Assembly: GCA_965223325.1 (NCBI GenBank)
Contig: CBDCWI010000002.1
Location: 3,488,850-3,552,849, forward strand
DNA length: 64,000 bases
From: Candidatus Multivoradales bacterium
GTDB taxonomy: Bacteria > Acidobacteriota > Thermoanaerobaculia > Multivoradales > Multivoraceae
Reading direction: 5' to 3'
In this document: positions 58,617 to 64,000 of the stretch, piece by piece
Layout of the letters: each line of letters begins with the position of its first letter
How positions within the stretch are numbered: the first letter of the stretch is position 1
Notes under the pieces: generated by a model
Databases searched by the model: none
Told to the model about the DNA's origin: nothing
The model's input: only the letters and a program-made list of their open reading frames with translations
Made by a program: the position numbers and the translations under genes

Positions 58617-60587
58617 TCAGCTGCCGGCCGCCTGCGGGTCGATGTCGAAGGATTCGAGAAACGCAGGACTGTAGGTCACGCCCAGCTCGTCGCGTCGCTC
58701 ACGGATGACCGACTCGAGAATCTGTTGGGCGCGCTGCCCTTCGAGTTGCAGGCGAGTCTGTTCTTTCTCGGTGGCGAACTTGATGACATCGAACTTCTCG
58801 CGCTCGGTGACTTCGAAGATGACCGCTCCGCCCGTCGTTTTGAATGGCCCACCCACATCGCCTACCTCGGCTGCCAGGGCAGCCTGGGCGATCTCGGGTG
58901 CGCTTCCCAGGCCGGTGATCGCGCCGTTGGACGTAAACAGGCCAGACTCGGTCGCCGACAGGCCAAGGGATTCTGCAATCTCGTCGACGGTGCTCTCGGC
59001 CGCTCGCAAGGACGCGGCGTACTCTCTGAGCCGCTCGAGGGCGAGCTCTTCTTGTTTGCTGGCGAGAACCTCGGCCCTCACCTCGTCTCGCACTTCATCA
59101 ACCTCGGGAACGCGCGGCGCGAGCACTTCGAGGGTGACGGGAAGTGCCCAGCCAGTCGCGATCTGAACGGGCTCGCCAAGCGTGCCCACCTCGTTGGCGA
59201 ACACTGCTTCTGCGAACGGGGTGCCGCGCCCGATCGACGGAATGTTGTCGCTCTTAGCGAACGGTTCGGGACTCTCGTAGCCGACTCCCATGCCCTGCGC
59301 AGTCTCACCGACGGCCGCACCGTTGGCGAACTCCTGCCCTTCGAGCTCGGCGTAGATCTCTCTGGCACGCTCTTCGGCCCGCGCTCGCGCCTGGGAGTTC
59401 TTGAGGTTGACGCGGATGCGGTTCATCACCGCGCCTTCGAAGGGCTGCAGGCCGCCGGGGTCTTTCGCCATGACCTGAACGAGGTGCATGACCTCGCGGG
59501 TACCGAGGGTGGTTGCGTAGGGACCCACGAGGTCGCCCGCTTCGGCTGCGAACACCGGTTCCTCGAACGCTGGGGTGTAGCTGCCGGCGGTGAATGGGCC
59601 GAGGTCACCGCCACGTACCTTGGTCACCTGGTCTTCGGAGTACTCACTGGCGAGCGCGCCGAAATCTTCGCCCGCCTCGATACGCCCGCGCAGTTCCTCG
59701 AGAAGTGCTCGCGCCTCGTCGGGCGTACGGTCCTCATCGGTAAACAGCAGAATCTGGCGCGCCGTGGCCTGGGCCGGACGGGTGAACTGCTCAGGATTGG
59801 CGTCGTACTCGGCGCGCAGCTCGTCGTCGGTCGGTTCGATTTCGGCACGAATCTGATTGACGTTGACCGAGAGATAGCCGGCGCGTCGCTGTTCGGGACG
59901 GCGATAGTTCTCGCGTCGCTCGGCATACCAGCTCTCGATTTCGGAGTCGGTGACGTCGATTTGTTCGTTCAGTGCGCTGCCCGAGAGCTGGACGAAGCGG
60001 ATGTTGGCCTTCTCGGCGGTCTCGCGTGCCTGTCGCTCGACTTCCTCGTCGGAGACCCAGACCGAGTCGCCGATGACCGAACCCACCATCTGTAGGGTGA
60101 GCTGGCGACGGATGTCGGCTACCAGAGTCTCCTCGCTCAGCCCGTTGAGTTGCAGAATCCGCTTGTATTCGTCGACCCCTACGAAATTGCCATCGGCGTC
60201 CTGGAGCGCCGGCGTGGCGAAGATGGATTCCTTGATCGCTTCGTCTGAGGGCTGGATTCCGAGGCGCTCGGCTTCGGCAAGCAAGATGCGGTTGGTAATC
60301 AAGCCGTTCATGGCGCGGATCGGCAGTCCCATTTGCTGCGCGAGTTGGTCATTCCAGGCCTCGCCATAGATCTGCCGCATCTGGTTTTCGTTGTTTCGGT
60401 ATTCGGTACGGAACTCGGCAAAGGTGATCTTCTCGCCGCCGACTGTCGCGGCGGTCGACATCGGCCCGTTGGCCCCATCGCCCGCACTGCGACCGAACAT
60501 CCCGAACTCGATTGCGATGAAGGCCAGGATGACCAGCCACAGCACCCAGTGGAACTGCTTCAGGTTTTCGCGAAAGGTTTTCAGCAT
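58617..60587 (-). CDS. ppiD: Periplasmic chaperone / peptidyl-prolyl isomerase of the PpiD/SurA type with N-terminal membrane anchor
   Basis: ORF to 60851. I trimmed it to ATG 60587 (MLKTFRENLKQFHWVLWLVILAFIAIEFGMF...). It has a SurA-like N-domain and a parvulin-like region. About 657 aa. Confidence 0.7.
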   Translation of the reverse strand: MLKTFRENLKQFHWVLWLVILAFIAIEFGMFGRSAGDGANGPMSTAATVGGEKITFAEFRTEYRNNENQMRQIYGEAWNDQLAQQMGLPIRAMNGLITNRILLAEAERLGIQPSDEAIKESIFATPALQDADGNFVGVDEYKRILQLNGLSEETLVADIRRQLTLQMVGSVIGDSVWVSDEEVERQARETAEKANIRFVQLSGSALNEQIDVTDSEIESWYAERRENYRRPEQRRAGYLSVNVNQIRAEIEPTDDELRAEYDANPEQFTRPAQATARQILLFTDEDRTPDEARALLEELRGRIEAGEDFGALASEYSEDQVTKVRGGDLGPFTAGSYTPAFEEPVFAAEAGDLVGPYATTLGTREVMHLVQVMAKDPGGLQPFEGAVMNRIRVNLKNSQARARAEERAREIYAELEGQEFANGAAVGETAQGMGVGYESPEPFAKSDNIPSIGRGTPFAEAVFANEVGTLGEPVQIATGWALPVTLEVLAPRVPEVDEVRDEVRAEVLASKQEELALERLREYAASLRAAESTVDEIAESLGLSATESGLFTSNGAITGLGSAPEIAQAALAAEVGDVGGPFKTTGGAVIFEVTEREKFDVIKFATEKEQTRLQLEGQRAQQILESVIRERRDELGVTYSPAFLESFDIDPQAAGS

Positions 60588-60894
60588 GGTCGAGAGCTCC
60601 GAGCTCTGAGGTTGATCGGCGAAGGCGATGGGCGGCGTCCACCTGGCGGGTGGTAGGCGGCAGGCTGATCGCGTCGCGAGAGAAACGGCGGTCGACGAGG
60701 CATCCTCGGGCCGCCCGGAAAGCACGGAATCTAGCACAGGGCAGGCCTTTGCGCCTGCACGGAGCGGTCGCCGGCAAACCCACGTTTTCCCAGATTTTAT
60801 GGTATAACAGGGGGTCGGTCTCGGGCCGTCAACGGCCCACGATCGGGCCACCTGCGCCCACCTCCCCCAACTCCACGGCGAGCTTCAACCCTTC

Positions 60895-62325
60895 ATGGTC
60901 AGTGCCGCGAACCCCCCGTCGTCGCCGGAGACGCGCGACTGGTACAGCATCAGCTTCGATTCCCTGCGGGTCGTACTCGGGGCGTTGGTGCTGCTCGTTT
61001 GCCTCGGCCTGGTGGCTTGGGGGGGGATCTCATTCCAGGGCCACCGCCAGGAACAGCGTGCTGCCGAGCTGATCGCCAATGCGCGCAGCCTGGTGGGTCA
61101 GTTGCGCAACAACCAGGAGGTCGAGCGCCATCAGGAGTCGTTCGATCGCGGGGCGTCGCTGCTCGCCGAAGCGGAGGCCTCTCTCGAGAGCGGTGACTAC
61201 AGTCGGGCGACCGATGTCGGCGAAGAGAGCTTCCAGTTGCTCTCCGACATTCTGGACCGGCTGGTCAATGACGGTGAAGGTGGAATCGCCTGGTTCGTCA
61301 ACGTCGAGGGCGACGTTCAGTACCGCCGTGGCGAGTCAGGACGCTGGATTCGGGCAGTCGCGCGCGACTTCGTCTATGACGGCTACTACGTGCGGTCGGC
61401 TTCGAACGCCTCGGCGGAGCTCTACTTCCATTACGACGAGACTCGATTCACCATCCGTCCGGGCACCTTCTTCAAGGTCTCCAGCCGCGAGGCCCTGGAA
61501 CAAGGCAATCTCGGTTTCATGGAGTATGGCTACGTCGACCTCGACACCTCGCAGACCTCGAGTGGCGTGTCGACGCGCTACTCCGAGATCACCGTGGCGA
61601 GCAACACTCGCGCTTCGGTCGACGTCAACAAGAGCGGTGAGTCGCGCATTGTGGTCGAGACCGGCGAGGCGGCGGTTCGCTCGGGCGACGGTACGACCAG
61701 ACGGGTTGGCGAACGCCAACAGCTGGAAGGCCGCGGCTCGAGTCTTGGCGACGTCAAGACGCTGCCCGGCGCGCCAGCTCTGGCGGCGCCACCGGACAAC
61801 TTCAATATCGATATCGACGTGACGCGGCGGGTGACCCTGGAGTGGCAGCCGGCCCCCGATGCGGTGACCTATGCCTTGCAGGTCTCTCGCAGCCGGCTCT
61901 TCGGCGAGTCGGTGATTGACGCTCAGAATCGTCCGGAGACCACCGCCACCCTCGGGCTGCGTGCGATAGGCAGTTACGTCTGGAGGGTTGCGGCGATCGA
62001 CGCAAAAGGGGCGCGAGGCCCGTGGAGCGAACCGCGCAAGTTCCGCGTCGAGTCGTTTCGCGGCCTGGCACTCGATCGCGACGACACGCCGCCGCCGCTC
62101 GACGTCAACGTGCTGATGAACGGTCGCATCGCCATCCTGCGCGGCGAGACTGAACCCGGGGCACGCGTCGAACTCGACGGACGACCGGTGCGCGTTGGCG
62201 CGGACGGCAGCATTCAGACCTCCGAGACCCTTGCCGGTTCCGGCCGCACCATCATCCGCCTCCGGGCCATCGACCAGGCGGGGAACGCGCAAGAGGTCAA
62301 GAAGATCGTATTCCTGCCCGAGTAG
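60895..62325 (+). CDS. Single-pass membrane protein with FecR-like and Ig/FN3-like extracytoplasmic domains (hypothetical)
   Basis: TM helix VVLGALVLLVCLGLVAWGGI. The stretch ...IRPGTFFKVSSREALE...ASVDVNKSGESRIVVETGEAAVRSGDG... resembles FecR-type beta folds. VTLEWQPAPDAVTYALQVSR resembles an FN3-type repeat. Confidence 0.5.
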   Translation: MVSAANPPSSPETRDWYSISFDSLRVVLGALVLLVCLGLVAWGGISFQGHRQEQRAAELIANARSLVGQLRNNQEVERHQESFDRGASLLAEAEASLESGDYSRATDVGEESFQLLSDILDRLVNDGEGGIAWFVNVEGDVQYRRGESGRWIRAVARDFVYDGYYVRSASNASAELYFHYDETRFTIRPGTFFKVSSREALEQGNLGFMEYGYVDLDTSQTSSGVSTRYSEITVASNTRASVDVNKSGESRIVVETGEAAVRSGDGTTRRVGERQQLEGRGSSLGDVKTLPGAPALAAPPDNFNIDIDVTRRVTLEWQPAPDAVTYALQVSRSRLFGESVIDAQNRPETTATLGLRAIGSYVWRVAAIDAKGARGPWSEPRKFRVESFRGLALDRDDTPPPLDVNVLMNGRIAILRGETEPGARVELDGRPVRVGADGSIQTSETLAGSGRTIIRLRAIDQAGNAQEVKKIVFLPE

Positions 62326-62402
62326 GCCCCGAGAAGGGCCCTTTCTCCGCAACGGTGCCGACCGGCCTTCCGGTGCCGCCACTGCAAGACCGCATCAAGT
62401 TC

Positions 62403-62424
62403 GGCGGAAAACGCCTATTTTTCT
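62403..62424 (+). terminator. Terminator-like hairpin plus U-run in the spacer upstream of mreB
   Basis: ggcg-gaaaa-cgcc followed by tatttttctg. Confidence 0.3.
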
Positions 62425-62426
62425 GA

Positions 62427-63533
<1,107 letters not shown>

Positions 63534-63714
63534 ATAGTGATCTGTCGAGGAGTGACAACACAGAGGTCGCGTGCGAGGGCCGCTCAGACGCTAGGCGCCT
63601 TCGCTGGTACGGAGTACCAGGGAGGCAACTGGCCCACCCGGCCGCCGTCCGTTTCGAGATACAGGACGTGTTGAAACCACCCCCAGAACCGTTCTCTAGC
63701 ACTCCGTGGGCGCC

Positions 63715-64000
63715 GTGACGGAACGCCGCAGCGCCCTCTTGCTCGCCGTCGTGTTGCTGATGCATCTGGTCGCGCTCAGTGCGCAGACCACGAGCCCGAC
63801 TGGTGAGACTGGCCTCGAGCGCGCCGGCCTGCTGGCCGTTCGCCCGTTGCTGTGGAGTCTCGACGAGGCTTTCGATGCCGGCGCTCGTCTGCGCCGTTCG
63901 CTTTACCGCCGAACCCGCCTGCAGCGCGAAAACCAGGAGCTGCGCGCCGAGAACCACGCGCTCGCTCTCGACCTGGCGCGTTTGCGGGGTGTGGAGCAGG
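63715..64000 (+). CDS. mreC: Rod shape-determining protein MreC, 5' part (runs off the right edge)
   Basis: My translation from GTG 63715 gives VTERRSALLLAVVLLMHLVALSAQTTSP... (TM anchor) followed by a coiled-coil-like LQRENQELRAENHALALDLARLRGVEQ. It lies directly downstream of mreB. Confidence 0.6.
   Translation, partial: MTERRSALLLAVVLLMHLVALSAQTTSPTGETGLERAGLLAVRPLLWSLDEAFDAGARLRRSLYRRTRLQRENQELRAENHALALDLARLRGVEQ

Overview
High-GC bacterial chromosomal segment (roughly two-thirds G+C by eye) spanning the replication-origin neighbourhood: mutY<- | dnaA-dnaN-recF-gyrB-gyrA -> on the plus strand, with weak DnaA-box-like 9-mers on both sides of dnaA. No rRNA, tRNA, CRISPR or transposase genes were recognised. 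Left of the origin (1-14.1 kb) is an ABC-transporter-dependent (Wzm/Wzt) glycan assembly locus. Its centrepiece is a 1080-aa single polypeptide that fuses a SAM-methyltransferase-like domain, a ~150-residue coiled coil, an (ST)n linker encoded by a (GTGGAT)n microsatellite, a GT2 domain and a GT4 domain. Its stop overlaps the start of an ECF sigma/anti-sigma pair in an ATGA junction, and the locus is flanked by two paralogous sulfatase-family proteins and extra GT2/GT4 genes. This fusion is the most unusual system in the window. By analogy to the WbdD and WbbB chain-length paradigms it looks like a terminator-ruler-polymerase in one chain, here with a methyltransferase cap and a Wzt that lacks a carbohydrate-binding module. 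Right of the origin (27.1-36.6 kb) is a long run of overlapping genes ending in a type III PKS / membrane methyltransferase / ACP / fatty-acyl-AMP ligase / flavin monooxygenase cassette with the ftp/srs gene order (alkylresorcinol- or alkylquinone-type lipid). It is unusually prefixed by a CPBP protease, an M20 peptidase, a CYTH protein, a sugar-phosphate nucleotidyltransferase and a HAD phosphatase. Housekeeping genes follow: an ArsR-type regulator with an SRPBCC/AHSA1-like partner, gltBD behind a LysR regulator, thrA-asd-thrB-thrC, an ECF sigma-DUF302-His-rich secreted protein module, an orphan duplicated FtsX permease, ppiD-ruvA-ruvB and mreB-mreC. Two non-coding repeat systems stand out. 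A hairpin plus two ~66-bp structured repeats sit between gyrB and gyrA. Two ~130-bp near-identical direct repeats sit between the convergent GNAT and ruvB genes. The many long antisense ORFs in the six-frame track are treated as high-GC shadow ORFs.
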